In this document: piece after piece, positions 34,369 through 44,840 of the stretch | How the letters are laid out: each line of letters starts with the position of its first letter | How positions within the stretch are numbered: the first letter of the stretch is position 1 | Source of the DNA: a virus | DNA length: 64,000 bases | Reading direction: 5' to 3' (one strand) | IMG/VR virus record: IMGVR_UViG_3300025104_000001 | Span: 1-64,000 of that record | Position numbers and translations under genes: made by a program | Notes under the pieces: model-generated | What the model was told of the DNA's origin: nothing | What the model saw: the letters and a program-made list of their open reading frames with translations, nothing else | Databases searched by the model: none

Positions 34369-34503
34369 ATATCTTTCTCCTTGTACGTCGGAGACCCATT
34401 GAACCCTATTATAGGGGCAATTTTCGCTTCACAACAAAAACCATACGGGGTTCTTAGACATTCATTTGAACCACCAAGACCCACACCCCATCCAATCTCT
34501 AAC

Positions 34504-34920
34504 CTAAATCTTTTCTACCTCGACACCTAGCTGCTGAAGAAACTTGATACCATCATCAGAACGATACTGATTTCTGTACCATACCTTCCTGAACCCTGAC
34601 GTCTTGATGGCTTTGGCACATTCGACGCAAGGCGCATGGGTCACAAACAAATCCGCACCGAGAGCACTCTGACCGTCCCGTGCCATTTTGTAGATTGCGT
34701 TTTGTTCTGCATGAATGACCTCAGGCCTTGTTACAGTAGAACCGTCTTCATTCTGTGTCTCACAGACGTTATCAAACCCCGGCGGTGTGCCGTTGTAACC
34801 CACGCTAAGAATACGATGGTCTTTCACAGCAACAGCACCGACCTTGAGCCTTGTAGCGGTTGAAGTCTTGGCAACAACCTCTGCAATCTCAATGTAAAGG
34901 TCTACGAATTTCCGTTTCAT
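34504..34920 (-). CDS. cd: dCMP deaminase
   Basis: VGA, GYNG, HAEQNAI, PCVECAK zinc motifs. Confidence 0.93.
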   Translation of the reverse strand: MKRKFVDLYIEIAEVVAKTSTATRLKVGAVAVKDHRILSVGYNGTPPGFDNVCETQNEDGSTVTRPEVIHAEQNAIYKMARDGQSALGADLFVTHAPCVECAKAIKTSGFRKVWYRNQYRSDDGIKFLQQLGVEVEKI

Positions 34921-34964
34921 TAGGAATGTGCAAAATACGCAATTTTGTTCAAGATGACGGACAA

Positions 34965-35237
34965 TTAGGCGGTCAAGTCTTTTTCACGTTTTGTGGAGTC
35001 ACTTTTTTGTTTTGGTGGAATCTTACGAAGCCATGATGCCGAAAAGTCTGCAAATTTTCCCGAGCCTCCAAATTCAGTCACCAAACCTTGACCTTCACAT
35101 TGCCAGATTCGTCCAAACTCCGGATGCTCACCTTTCAATGCACGAACGGTGACGATCTTTCCTCGATTGGGACTATCTGTCCCGAAAGCGCCGCCGATTA
35201 CTTCACATACATCACCTGTCTTGATTGGTTCTTGCAT
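34965..35237 (-). CDS. Hypothetical protein
   Basis: 90-aa ORF with GAGG RBS. Confidence 0.7.
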   Translation of the reverse strand: MQEPIKTGDVCEVIGGAFGTDSPNRGKIVTVRALKGEHPEFGRIWQCEGQGLVTEFGGSGKFADFSASWLRKIPPKQKSDSTKREKDLTA

Positions 35238-35273
35238 TTGTGTTTCTGTCCCTCATGCAAATACCTTTGTGAA

Positions 35274-35357
35274 TGGCACCCCCTGGAGGAATCGAACCTC
35301 GTGCCGTCCATCCTTCACTAAGGAACGGTTTAGAAGACCGTTGAAGGGACAGGGGGT
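35274..35357 (-). ncRNA. Non-canonical tRNA-like RNA (TCT anticodon loop, no D-arm, 8-bp acceptor / 4-bp T-stem)
   Basis: ACCCCCTG/CAGGGGGT-GCCA, AACGGT-CTTCTAA-ACCGTT, GAGG-TTCGATT-CCTC. Confidence 0.75.
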
Positions 35358-35440
35358 TTAATTTACAAAGGTATTCATACAACTAAGTTTTATGATATTC
35401 GTTTCACCATAGACGCATTGTTCTTCTTACTATATCTTCT

Positions 35441-35737
35441 TTAAAACATTTGAGCAATCAAAGGCGTTTCATCGAGTTCTTCGACGATGTTGGAGTAGTT
35501 ATTCTTAATGTATCGTTCCAACACCTTCTTCTTGGACTTACCATTAATAGACTTCACGTCGATAATAAAAGGATACATGCTTCTATCTTTGCGGTAAGCA
35601 GGTTCAAACTCATAGACATACCAAGTGTCTTCGGGACCTTCCCAACGAGACTTAGGAACAAACTTGTACTCAACCTTAACTGCTTTGTCGATCATTTTGT
35701 ATTCAATGTGCTCCAATGCCTCTATTATGCGGCACAA
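35441..35737 (-). CDS. Hypothetical protein
   Basis: ORF collinear with neighbours; start uncertain. Confidence 0.55.
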   Translation of the reverse strand: MCRIIEALEHIEYKMIDKAVKVEYKFVPKSRWEGPEDTWYVYEFEPAYRKDRSMYPFIIDVKSINGKSKKKVLERYIKNNYSNIVEELDETPLIAQMF

Positions 35738-35749
35738 AAGTTGCTTTGT

Positions 35750-36286
35750 CTACAACCCCGTTCTTGCTATTGCGTAACTGTCTACTATATCATGCGCAGG
35801 GGAAGCAAGTTTGCTCATTTGCATCCATTTTACAATATCTATGCCTTCTTTGTCAAGTAGGGTTTGCACCATGGCTTCCTTGTTGGCGTTGCCCTTTCCT
35901 GTCCAGTGCTTCTTGACCGCCGTGGGTGCAATGATTTCAGGATGCAACCCAAACGACTTCTTGAGGTGATATTTCAACAAGCCAGCATTCTCTGCAATGT
36001 TGAACAACATGCTACCTCGTGCCCCGAAAGCGTAACCTTCTAGGATGATCTTAGAGCCAGCTTCCCAATGCTGTTGTATTTTCTCAACAGACCATTTTGC
36101 TAGGGTTTCATAGCGATCAACGTTATCTGCCCAGTCCTTTTGGATAAGCGTACCCTCATAATTCAGAGCCTTTACACAGACCTTCTTGTTTGCATTTGCA
36201 AAATAGAAAAAGGATGATTTGAAGTCATCCCCTAGAACGCAAATTGATGGACTGGTATAAGAATAGTCTATACCAAATATCTTCAT
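35750..36286 (-). CDS. RuvC-like Holliday junction resolvase
   Basis: GIDYS, LEGYAF, IAEN-x-G, P-x-x-VKK-x-x-TGKGNA-x-K, DIVDSY. Confidence 0.85.
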   Translation of the reverse strand: MKIFGIDYSYTSPSICVLGDDFKSSFFYFANANKKVCVKALNYEGTLIQKDWADNVDRYETLAKWSVEKIQQHWEAGSKIILEGYAFGARGSMLFNIAENAGLLKYHLKKSFGLHPEIIAPTAVKKHWTGKGNANKEAMVQTLLDKEGIDIVKWMQMSKLASPAHDIVDSYAIARTGL

Positions 36287-36616
36287 TTTTCTTTCAGTGA
36301 TTCAGCAAGAAGCTCTCCCTTTTCGTCAAGAGACTCGGATGCTTCTTTCATCAGTCGATAGGCTTGGAACACAGCGACGTTACGCCAATCGTCACCGTAC
36401 TTTTCACGAAATTCTTCTTCACGTTGGAGAATAGCTTGTTTGAGTTTTTCGTATTCCTTGCGCACCCGAGCAGGGAATGAATTCACATCTTTCTCAAAAA
36501 AGAATTCCACATATGAAGTATCATTCGGAGGCGTCCATGGTCCTGAAGTATAATCTTCATCTAACCCAAGTTCTCTTTTTATACGACGCAGATACACGAG
36601 TTTGTCTATTAACATC
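36283..36616 (-). CDS. Hypothetical protein
   Basis: ORF starting MLIDKL, overlapping the primase 3' end. Confidence 0.6.
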
Positions 36617-37612
36617 GGAATTAATCCTTTTCCATTTGGCATACTCCATCATTGCTCTAACATGATGGAAAGTTCTTTTCTTGATTAAGGCATTAACATC
36701 AATGCCGTCTTCCACCATTCTATTTATATCCTTTTGCTGAATGTCATTCGGAAAAATAACAACCCTTTCATTTTGCCGAATTGCATTAGCCATGTATCTG
36801 CAAATATTCACATTACGAGGTTCGTTGTCCCAAATATGAATTGCATTCTTGATACCAAGATTGTATTTCTGATATGCCAGAAGGTTTGCGTCCAATGTTG
36901 CAATGCAATTGTCTAGGAACAATGAATCAATGGCGCCCTCAACTACATAAACAGGTTTTGTGTAATCCAGATCACCCAAACCAAATATCTTGGGATAGCT
37001 CTCGTCAATCTTCAGTGTAATATAGCGAAGCTCTGAACTTTTGAAAGCACGGGCAATCAGAATCTTAAGGTTGCCAAATTTATCTGTTTCTGTCAAGATG
37101 ATTCGAGGGTCGGCCGGGACTGTTTGCTCGAGACCAATCTTCTCAACAAAATCACGAAAGTTAGATGTGTACCAAAACTTCTTGTATTTCTCTTTAGGAA
37201 TTTTGCGTGACTTCAGATATTCAACAGCAGGGTGAATCTTGGACAGCTCTGATATTGGAGTAAGATATTTCGTCCAATCTTTGAGTTCTTCTGGCTCTTG
37301 TTTCTTTTCCTCAACCTTAGATTCTTCTCGTTCGCCTTTGAACGATTCGAGTACATACTCCTTATAGAGTCTCGGGTTTAGGAATTTCAGGAACGTCTTG
37401 AATTTGTGATTCTCTCCGCAATTGTGACACTGAAACGACAACAGACCCGTCTTGTCCTTGTATATGTAGCCACGCGCCTTTGCTTCGCTCTTTTCAGAGT
37501 CGCCGCAATACGGACAACGGAAATTCCACAACAGATTGCCCTTTTGCTTAAAGCGATCTAATTGTGAAGCTACAAACGATAAGAACTTTTGCTGAATGTA
37601 AAGATGTTCCAA
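36557..37612 (-). CDS. gp61: DNA primase (gp61)
   Basis: CPYCGDS...KARG, CHNC zinc finger, TOPRIM VEGAIDSLF, DNEPRN, KDIN. Confidence 0.95.
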   Translation of the reverse strand: MEHLYIQQKFLSFVASQLDRFKQKGNLLWNFRCPYCGDSEKSEAKARGYIYKDKTGLLSFQCHNCGENHKFKTFLKFLNPRLYKEYVLESFKGEREESKVEEKKQEPEELKDWTKYLTPISELSKIHPAVEYLKSRKIPKEKYKKFWYTSNFRDFVEKIGLEQTVPADPRIILTETDKFGNLKILIARAFKSSELRYITLKIDESYPKIFGLGDLDYTKPVYVVEGAIDSLFLDNCIATLDANLLAYQKYNLGIKNAIHIWDNEPRNVNICRYMANAIRQNERVVIFPNDIQQKDINRMVEDGIDVNALIKKRTFHHVRAMMEYAKWKRINSDVNRQTRVSASYKKRTWVR

Positions 37613-37646
37613 GGTTCGCTACTCCTACATGAACCTTGAGAATACA

Positions 37647-38111
37647 TCATTTTTCCTTGTCTGTCAAGGTCTCTTCTTCTTCTTTCCTTTTGCGACGAAC
37701 CATGCCTAAGGGCTTAGGTGAGTCTGTTGAAACAGCAGAGCCTGTCACGTTGGTTGGTGTTTCCTCATGCATGTTGAAGATTGCTTCCTCAATCATTGCC
37801 CATTCACGTTCAGAAATATCTAGCTCTTTCAAACCTTCTTTCAATAGCAACAATGATGCGGTGGCTGCCGCAAGCCATGATTTGCCGCCTGGAACCGTTC
37901 CAAGCAAACGCTTCAGGTTGAACACTATTCGGTGCAAATATGTGAATGAATCTTTCTCTTCAGATGTTTTCAAGTCTCTGAAACGACGAAGGCGTTTGCC
38001 GTCCTTGTCGATTATACCAAACTTGAAAGCTTCTTGCTGTTCCCAAGGGGTAGTTAGAAGTTTGATGATTCTTAAGGCGTATATAAAGTCGCCCATTCTT
38101 GTAATGTTCAT
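37647..38111 (-). CDS. Conserved T4-like hypothetical protein
   Basis: LLTTPW...AFK-x-GIIDKDG, HR-x-VFNLKR, L-x-LLKE. Confidence 0.8.
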   Translation of the reverse strand: MNITRMGDFIYALRIIKLLTTPWEQQEAFKFGIIDKDGKRLRRFRDLKTSEEKDSFTYLHRIVFNLKRLLGTVPGGKSWLAAATASLLLLKEGLKELDISEREWAMIEEAIFNMHEETPTNVTGSAVSTDSPKPLGMVRRKRKEEEETLTDKEK

Positions 38112-38497
38112 AATTCCAAATCTTTGAGAATTATTTTTTGAAATGACTTGTTGATTCGTGTCGGATCAAATTTGATTTTTAGATTGGGGTTGACAACCAC
38201 ATGGCTCTCAATACCCCAAACCGTATTTAGAAACGTCATCACTAAATCATGGTTGTTAGGATGTGACAGAAGAAATAAACTCTTTGCTACAAACTCCACA
38301 CCGAAGCAATTACATGCAATAATAAAATTATTGAAAACAAGACGAGTAGAAAACCTTCCAGTCTCGGAAAATTTTTCAATTTTCCCCGCGACTCTTTTGA
38401 TAAGCGCAAGGTCTTGTTCAAATTCTTCATCCGAGAAAACGGGATTTCTATATAATTTCGCCGCTGTCAGCTTGTAACTGCTTAGAGTGATTTGCAT
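38108..38497 (-). CDS. Conserved T4-like hypothetical protein
   Basis: A-x-K-x-Y-x-NP...EEF-x-x-DL...RL-x-x-N-x-x-II-x-x-N-x-FG. Confidence 0.75.
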   Translation of the reverse strand: MQITLSSYKLTAAKLYRNPVFSDEEFEQDLALIKRVAGKIEKFSETGRFSTRLVFNNFIIACNCFGVEFVAKSLFLLSHPNNHDLVMTFLNTVWGIESHVVVNPNLKIKFDPTRINKSFQKIILKDLEL

Positions 38498-38892
38498 TAT
38501 TCTTTGTCTAGTTCCTCGAAGTATTCGTCATCCATTTCCGTTTCCCAAACGTATTGGAGCTCCATATCAATCTCATATTCACCATCCTCAGAGTCTCGGT
38601 AATAGGTGACAACCAAATTGTATTCGCTTTGGTCACCTTCCTTATAGACTGGGATAATGAAACTAATTGCTTCTTGGGCTGAAGAATCTTCCAAATTGAT
38701 GCGAATATTTTCCACATCGTCATAATTCAAATACAACCCCTTTGACCTCAACAATGAGTCGGCATGCTCGATAAACTTAATGACCTCACCATAATCAGTG
38801 AATGTCTTTTCACAGAAAATGGTTAGTTGGTCATTGATGGCGTCTAGTTCGTCACTGAAATCATCATCAAGATCATAGGTTTCATGCAACAT
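38497..38892 (-). CDS. Acidic hypothetical protein
   Basis: GAGG RBS then MLHETYD; start approximate. Confidence 0.65.
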   Translation of the reverse strand: MLHETYDLDDDFSDELDAINDQLTIFCEKTFTDYGEVIKFIEHADSLLRSKGLYLNYDDVENIRINLEDSSAQEAISFIIPVYKEGDQSEYNLVVTYYRDSEDGEYEIDMELQYVWETEMDDEYFEELDKE

Positions 38893-39193
38893 TTTTACCT
38901 CTACCTCTACGCTTAGCCTTTGGTGCTTCTTCTGCAATTACTTCTACGGGTTGTTCGTCTGCAATGGCGGCTTCCCCTTGGACTGTTTCATCAATCACGG
39001 CATCTTCCACGACTTCTGAAATCACGGCTTCAGCAGTAGGGACCTCGACCAATTGTTCTTCGACTTTGGGAAGAGGTTTAACACCGCCACGAACTGAAAC
39101 AAGCAATTCGCCTGTTACTGGATGACGCCAGCCACGGTCGCTCGGCACAGCATCGGGGCACCAGCTTGGCGGAAAATTAACAATATTCCTCAT
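38882..39193 (-). CDS. Conserved T4-like hypothetical protein
   Basis: PP-x-W-x-x-DAVP-x-x-RGW-x-HP-x-TGELLVS motif with an acidic tail. Confidence 0.7.
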   Translation of the reverse strand: MRNIVNFPPSWCPDAVPSDRGWRHPVTGELLVSVRGGVKPLPKVEEQLVEVPTAEAVISEVVEDAVIDETVQGEAAIADEQPVEVIAEEAPKAKRRGRGKNVA

Positions 39194-39812
39194 TTAGCAT
39201 ATCTCCTAGAAAGTTTTCCAATAGTTCATCCAATTCTTCGTTTAGGACGTCCTGTAGTAATTTATACAATTCTTGGGTGTCCTTTTCCGATGCTTTCTTA
39301 GGCATGCCTTTTCTGAATGATGCATAATCACCCACCTTGACAAAACCTCTCATCTTGGAAGCACTCATGCCTGTTGCATCATCGGCGTCAGGGTCGCGTT
39401 CGCCTGCGCTAATCAATTCAACAACATCAAAGCGTGTCTTGTTACGTTCGGCTATGTCTTTGTAACCTTCCATTCGGTCAGAGCCAGCAAAGAAGTAAAC
39501 TTCTTTGAATCCGTTGTTTGCAATCCAAGTGAATGCATTGATAGGTGTCTTGACATTTGGATCATCCACAAATGTCACTTCAGGAAAGAACTTCTTTGCC
39601 ATTTTGATTTTCACATCAAACGGCAAAGGGTTCTTTTTCTTATCAACGGTTCTAGACAGGAACAATACAGGCATGCCACCTATCTTCTTAGCATGTGCAA
39701 CCAATTTGTCTATAAGTAACTGATGACCTGATGTTGGTGGATTCATCCTACCAAAGGCAAATACAATCTTATCTTTCATTAGTGTTATCCAGTCATGGTT
39801 GATGTTTTTCAT
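39177..39812 (-). CDS. Cytidylyltransferase-like (HIGH-superfamily nucleotidyltransferase)
   Basis: FGRMNPPT-x-GH, KNPL, GSDR, SAG-x-RDPD, MSASKMR; late-type GATAAATA at 39814-39821. Confidence 0.88.
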   Translation of the reverse strand: MKNINHDWITLMKDKIVFAFGRMNPPTSGHQLLIDKLVAHAKKIGGMPVLFLSRTVDKKKNPLPFDVKIKMAKKFFPEVTFVDDPNVKTPINAFTWIANNGFKEVYFFAGSDRMEGYKDIAERNKTRFDVVELISAGERDPDADDATGMSASKMRGFVKVGDYASFRKGMPKKASEKDTQELYKLLQDVLNEELDELLENFLGDMLNEEYC

Positions 39813-39996
39813 TTATTTATCAATGGTCCCCTTATGTCACCTAATATATCATCCCCACCCCATCCCCCATTGATAATCTGCTATAGTTTGAAAATTCTTC
39901 AATAAAATCAACAAGTTAACTTAGATCGTGCTGTGACTTGATATTGTTTGAAACATGCCTTATAATAAGACATCTCGAATAAGAACAGGAGTTAGT

Positions 39997-40593
39997 ATGA
40001 GCACAGAGAAAAAAGCTGGACGCAATTATGTGGACAATGAAAAATTGTATGAATCTTTTTTAGAGTGGCATGCTAAACGTGCTGAGGCTGCTGAACAAGG
40101 TTTGGAAGAACCGCAACCACCAAAGTATATTTCGGAATGCATTGTGCTTATACCTACACGTTTAGCGTCCAAAGGAAATTTCTCGGGCTATTCATTCAAG
40201 GAGGACATGATTGGAGACGCTATTGAGAATATCATCCAATATTACAGAAACTTTGACCCAACAAAGTCTAAGAATCCGTTTGCATATTTCACACAGATCG
40301 CCTATTACGCCTTCCTGCGTAGGATCCTTCGAGAGAGGAAACAATCATATATCAAGCATAAGCTGATTCAAAACAGCGACATCTTGGATAGCATCGTCAC
40401 TCAAGAGCATGATGACAGTATCGACTATCATGTATCGATTGTTGAGACTATGAAGATGAACCTTCGCCCTGAGCTTGAGGAATATTTCGAGAGAAAGAAA
40501 GGCGTCAAGGCAAAGAAGATTGGTAAATCGATTGAGGACTTGCTAGAGGAAGAGCTGCAAGAAGTTGTGGAGGGCCCCGATGACGAAGCGTAA
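39997..40593 (+). CDS. gp55: Late sigma factor (gp55)
   Basis: YVDN, NF-x-x-Y...MI-x-DA-x-EN, F-x-P-x-KS-x-NPFAYFTQI-x-x-x-AF-x-RRI-x-x-E-x-KQ. Confidence 0.96.
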   Translation: MSTEKKAGRNYVDNEKLYESFLEWHAKRAEAAEQGLEEPQPPKYISECIVLIPTRLASKGNFSGYSFKEDMIGDAIENIIQYYRNFDPTKSKNPFAYFTQIAYYAFLRRILRERKQSYIKHKLIQNSDILDSIVTQEHDDSIDYHVSIVETMKMNLRPELEEYFERKKGVKAKKIGKSIEDLLEEELQEVVEGPDDEA

Positions 40594-41668
40594 ACTGAAC
40601 TGGGCTTTCATTACAGATCAACACTTCGGCTGCAGATCTGATAGCAAAATTTTCCACAGGCTGTTCAGGAAGTTCTACACTGAAGTTTTCATTCCGTTTC
40701 TCAAGGAGAATGAAATCAAGACTCTGTTTGTCTTGGGCGACTTCTTTGACCGCAGAAAATTCATCAACTTTGAAACTCTCAAATTGTCAAGGGAAATATT
40801 CTTTGACCCCTTAAAGGAAATGGGAATCAAAGTTCATGCCATTGTGGGCAATCATGATGTAATGTATAAGAACACAAACGCCGTCAATAGCTTGGACTTG
40901 CTTGTTAGTGAACATCATTATGACAACGTGACGGTGTATTCCGAACCTACAACGACTGTGGTTGATGATGTTAAGGTGTTGATGCTACCTTGGATCAACT
41001 CTGAGAACTATGGTCGTTCCATTGATGCAATCAAACATTCAGACGCTCGCTTTGTGTTCGGTCACTTGGAGATGAAGGGGTTTGAATACCATAGGGGCAT
41101 GGTGTCTGAACATGGTCACTGTGACGCCGATTTGCTTGCTAGATATGAGTATGTGTTCTCCGGTCACTACCATCATCGTTCAAGCCGAGGCAACATTCAT
41201 TACCTAGGCACCGCCTATGAGATGAATTGGTCTGATTACAACGACCCAAAGGGCTTTCATACCTTTGACGGACAAAAATTGACGTTTGTAGAGAATCCTG
41301 AAAAGATTTTCATTCGCTTGGTTTACGATGATATAAACCCCAGGCAAATTGAAAAGGACATTGGGGAACTAGGTTCTTTTAAAGATAAATTCGTCAAGGT
41401 GGTGATTCGGAGGAAGGAGCAACCAATCTTATTTGAACGATTCATAGACAAGATTGCAGAGACGGGTCCTTCTGACATAAACATTATTGACGAGACAAAC
41501 TCTGTCAAAGTTCTGGCTGAGGTCGGGGACGAACTTCCTAAAGACACCCTTGAGGTTATCAAGAATTTCATTTATAATGATCTTGAGACAGATTTGTCTA
41601 AGGAGCGTCTGATGCGAAAGCTACAGACAATTTATGTCGCAGCAAAGGCGTTAGCCGATGATGAGTAA
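40580..41668 (+). CDS. gp47: Recombination endonuclease subunit (gp47, Mre11-like)
   Basis: TDQHFG, GD-x-FD-x-R, GNHD, GHLE, SGHYH, W-x-D-x-x-DPKGF. Confidence 0.95.
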   Translation: MTKRKLNWAFITDQHFGCRSDSKIFHRLFRKFYTEVFIPFLKENEIKTLFVLGDFFDRRKFINFETLKLSREIFFDPLKEMGIKVHAIVGNHDVMYKNTNAVNSLDLLVSEHHYDNVTVYSEPTTTVVDDVKVLMLPWINSENYGRSIDAIKHSDARFVFGHLEMKGFEYHRGMVSEHGHCDADLLARYEYVFSGHYHHRSSRGNIHYLGTAYEMNWSDYNDPKGFHTFDGQKLTFVENPEKIFIRLVYDDINPRQIEKDIGELGSFKDKFVKVVIRRKEQPILFERFIDKIAETGPSDINIIDETNSVKVLAEVGDELPKDTLEVIKNFIYNDLETDLSKERLMRKLQTIYVAAKALADDE

Positions 41669-41671
41669 AAC

Positions 41672-43372
41672 ATGTTCTTAGTAAAAAAGATTCGATTCAA
41701 AAATTTCAGGTCATACGGCAATCAATTTACAGAGATAAACCTAATCAAGAGTGGCAGCACTGTTATCACTGCACCTAATGGCAGTGGTAAATCTACCATC
41801 TTGATGGCGATTGAATTCGCACTGTTCGGCAAAGTGTCCAACGGCATCAACAAAAACGACTTGGTCAATACAATCAACAAGAAAGATCTTGTCGTAGAGA
41901 TTGAATGTGAAACGAAGGGCAAAGAGATTCTGATTCGCCGAGGCATCAAGCCTAACATCTTTGAAATCTTCATTGATGGTAAATTGGTTGACCAAGAGGC
42001 GTCTACCAGAGACTATCAAACCCAATTTGAAGAAGAAATCCTGGGGTTCAACATCTCTAGCTTCCGCCAGGTTGTTTCAATCAGCGGCGGTTCATACACC
42101 CCGTTCCTTTTGCTATCTGCGGGGCAACGTAGAAAGATTGTTGAAGAGCTTTTGAACCTAACGGTGTTCTCTAAGATGTATATCATGCATCTTGCATCTA
42201 TTGCACAAACGAAAGAAAATCTGCAATCAGTAGAAAACGAAATCGAGAAACTACAAGCATCGCTTGCTTCATTGAAGAAGGGTCTTGAAACCCTATCAGA
42301 GCAAGAAGAAGGCTATCGGAAAACGATTGAAGAAAACATTGAAAAAGCCAACTCAAAGATTCAGGCCATCAATGACGAGATAAGAGATCAGAATGTTCAA
42401 ATCGAAAAGCTCCAATCACAAGCAGACTCTTATGAAGTAAAAATCGCCAAGAAGACCAAGCTCCAAGAGTATGGACGGGACATGAGGAAGAAGATTCAGA
42501 AGATTACAGACTTCATCTCATTCTTCCGAGATAACGATACTTGCCCAACCTGCACCCAACCTATTACTGAAGACTTCAAGGCGCAAGTCATCGAAGCTAA
42601 AGCAAATAAAAGAACAGAACTTCAGAGTAGCCTTGAAAATCTTAATGCGCTACTTCAAAAGACCGAGTCAGAAATCGAAAAGCTAGATGAAGTCCTAAAG
42701 AAGATTCGTTCTCTTGAAAACAACATCCACACAAACACAAAGCGCATCTCTGACCTTCAGGCATACATTTCAGAGCAACAGAAGATCTTGGGTAAAAAAC
42801 ATTTCAGCTCGGCAGACCTTACAGCAGAAATTAAGAAAACTTCTCAGGATATTTCTGAATTAAAAGCTCGTCGTCTAGAACTTCTTGAAGAAAAACAATA
42901 TAATGAGGTCATCAGTGCAATCATCAAGGACAACGGCATCAAGTCCAAGATCATTGCGCAATATGTGCCTCGAATGAACCAAGAGATCAACAAGTTCCTA
43001 GAGCTATTGGATTTGGGTATTTCATTCGAGATCAATGAGAATTTTGAAGAACGTATTCTTTCACGTTTCAAAGACGAACTTTCATACATGAGTTTCTCTG
43101 CGGGCGAACGTGCGAGAATTGACATTGCAATTCTTTTCACTTGGAGGGAGTTAGCTAAATTAAAGAACTCGCTTAATTGCAATCTGCTCTTCCTAGACGA
43201 GATTTTTGATGCAGTATTGGACGACCAGGGACTAGAATCATTCATAAATCTGTTAAAATATCATCTAAGTGATACGAACGTTTTTCTAATTAGTCATCGA
43301 CCCGAGGTTGTGGACAAATTTGAGAGCAATCTCCGCATTGTCAAATCTGCAAACTTTTCAAGGATAGAATAA
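41672..43372 (+). CDS. gp46: Recombination endonuclease subunit (gp46, Rad50-like)
   Basis: NGSGKST, CPTC zinc hook, FSAGE, LDE, ISH. Confidence 0.96.
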   Translation: MFLVKKIRFKNFRSYGNQFTEINLIKSGSTVITAPNGSGKSTILMAIEFALFGKVSNGINKNDLVNTINKKDLVVEIECETKGKEILIRRGIKPNIFEIFIDGKLVDQEASTRDYQTQFEEEILGFNISSFRQVVSISGGSYTPFLLLSAGQRRKIVEELLNLTVFSKMYIMHLASIAQTKENLQSVENEIEKLQASLASLKKGLETLSEQEEGYRKTIEENIEKANSKIQAINDEIRDQNVQIEKLQSQADSYEVKIAKKTKLQEYGRDMRKKIQKITDFISFFRDNDTCPTCTQPITEDFKAQVIEAKANKRTELQSSLENLNALLQKTESEIEKLDEVLKKIRSLENNIHTNTKRISDLQAYISEQQKILGKKHFSSADLTAEIKKTSQDISELKARRLELLEEKQYNEVISAIIKDNGIKSKIIAQYVPRMNQEINKFLELLDLGISFEINENFEERILSRFKDELSYMSFSAGERARIDIAILFTWRELAKLKNSLNCNLLFLDEIFDAVLDDQGLESFINLLKYHLSDTNVFLISHRPEVVDKFESNLRIVKSANFSRIE

Positions 43373-44109
43373 TGATTTCCAAACAACCAGAATATATTCT
43401 CCGAACCATGTGGGATAGAATCAAAACAACAAATGAAAATCTAGATCAAGATGAAGAAACTCTTGATGAAGTTGTTTCTGAAGATGAGCAGACATCGGTT
43501 TCGGTGTTTGACAAGTTTGCAATCATCCAACTGAATGGCCCTGTATGCGCTGAGACGGTCAATCCGATTGTGGATTTCATTGTCGGGGCAAATTTGTCAA
43601 GTGACAAGAAACTGGATTTGAACGTCATTAACCTTTTCATTGACACCGAGGGCGGCGACCTCCATTCGGCTATGAAATTGATTGATGCCATTCGTATGAG
43701 TGAAATTCCTATTCGCACCATCGGATGGGGTAAGGTGGCATCCGCTGGTCTAATCATTTTCATGACTGGCGCAGAACGTTTCATATCCGAGAACTGTTCA
43801 ATCCTTTCGCACAATGCAACCTTCAATGCGGCTCGTTACTCTGTTCGGGTGAATGACCTTTCACACCAACAAGAGTTCAAGCTCATCATTGACCGAATCA
43901 TGCGTGTCTACAAAGAATGCACCGGCAAGGATGAGAAGTATATCAAGAAGCACCTGTTGCGTGATAATGACGTCTACATGTCCGCTGCCGATGCAATCGA
44001 ACATGGCCTCGGCGACGGGTTCCTTCCAAGAGGCATGTCTTGGCTAAAAAGTTTGGTTAGACAGAGAATGACAGTCGAAGAAGTCCTTGACCCCGAGCTA
44101 AATACCTGA
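43372..44109 (+). CDS. ClpP-like peptidase
   Basis: I-x-T-x-GG, ASAG (Ser), LSH (His), A-x-E-x-GL-x-D. Confidence 0.82.
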   Translation: MISKQPEYILRTMWDRIKTTNENLDQDEETLDEVVSEDEQTSVSVFDKFAIIQLNGPVCAETVNPIVDFIVGANLSSDKKLDLNVINLFIDTEGGDLHSAMKLIDAIRMSEIPIRTIGWGKVASAGLIIFMTGAERFISENCSILSHNATFNAARYSVRVNDLSHQQEFKLIIDRIMRVYKECTGKDEKYIKKHLLRDNDVYMSAADAIEHGLGDGFLPRGMSWLKSLVRQRMTVEEVLDPELNT

Positions 44110-44161
44110 TACAATACAGGTTCAAAAGTGTTGTACAAAAAATCTTTCATGAGGTAACATA

Positions 44162-44827
44162 ATGCAACTTTCCAAGCGTACAATCGAAGTTCTCAAGAAT
44201 TTCGCAACTATCAATCAGTCAATTGTTGTCAAACCTGGTAAGAAGCTTGCGACGATGGCAGTAGCCCGAAACATTCTAGCCGAGGCCGATGTTGAGGAAA
44301 CTTTTCCATCAGAGTTTGCGATTTACAACCTCAACGAATTCCTTTCAGCGTTGTCACTGTTCGAGAATCCCGAATTGGAGTTTGGCGAGAAGTGGGTCGT
44401 GATTCGTGAGAAGGGTGCCAAGCGCGGGGGCGTCAAGTATTTCTATTCAAACAAGGCTCTGATTGTGCATCCCACAAAGTCCATCAAGATGCCTGATGAC
44501 ATTTCTGTGGAGTTCACCGTTACAGAGGCAATCCTGACAAAAATCTCTCGCGCTGCAGGAGTGTTGGGTGTGAGTGACGTTGTGGTTGTGGGTGATGATG
44601 AAGGCATCAGCCTAATCGTTCAGGATCGTAAAAACGATTCTTCAAACGATTTTGAGATTCAGGTCTCTGACAAGGCTCAAGAAAAGCCATTCAAGTTCTT
44701 CTTCAAGCAAGAGAACCTGAAATTCATCCCGGGTGATTATGTTGTTCAAATTTCAGACAAAGGCATTTCGTCTTTCAAGAAAGCAGACGGTACAATGCAA
44801 TACGCCGTGGCTCTAGAAGCCACTTAA
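44162..44827 (+). CDS. gp45: DNA polymerase sliding clamp (gp45)
   Basis: LS-x-x-T-x-x-x-LKNFA-x-IN, FAIY-x-L-x-EFL, NLK-x-x-x-G-x-Y, Y-x-VALE. Confidence 0.96.
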   Translation: MQLSKRTIEVLKNFATINQSIVVKPGKKLATMAVARNILAEADVEETFPSEFAIYNLNEFLSALSLFENPELEFGEKWVVIREKGAKRGGVKYFYSNKALIVHPTKSIKMPDDISVEFTVTEAILTKISRAAGVLGVSDVVVVGDDEGISLIVQDRKNDSSNDFEIQVSDKAQEKPFKFFFKQENLKFIPGDYVVQISDKGISSFKKADGTMQYAVALEAT

Positions 44828-44840
44828 CCAAGGAGACCCA

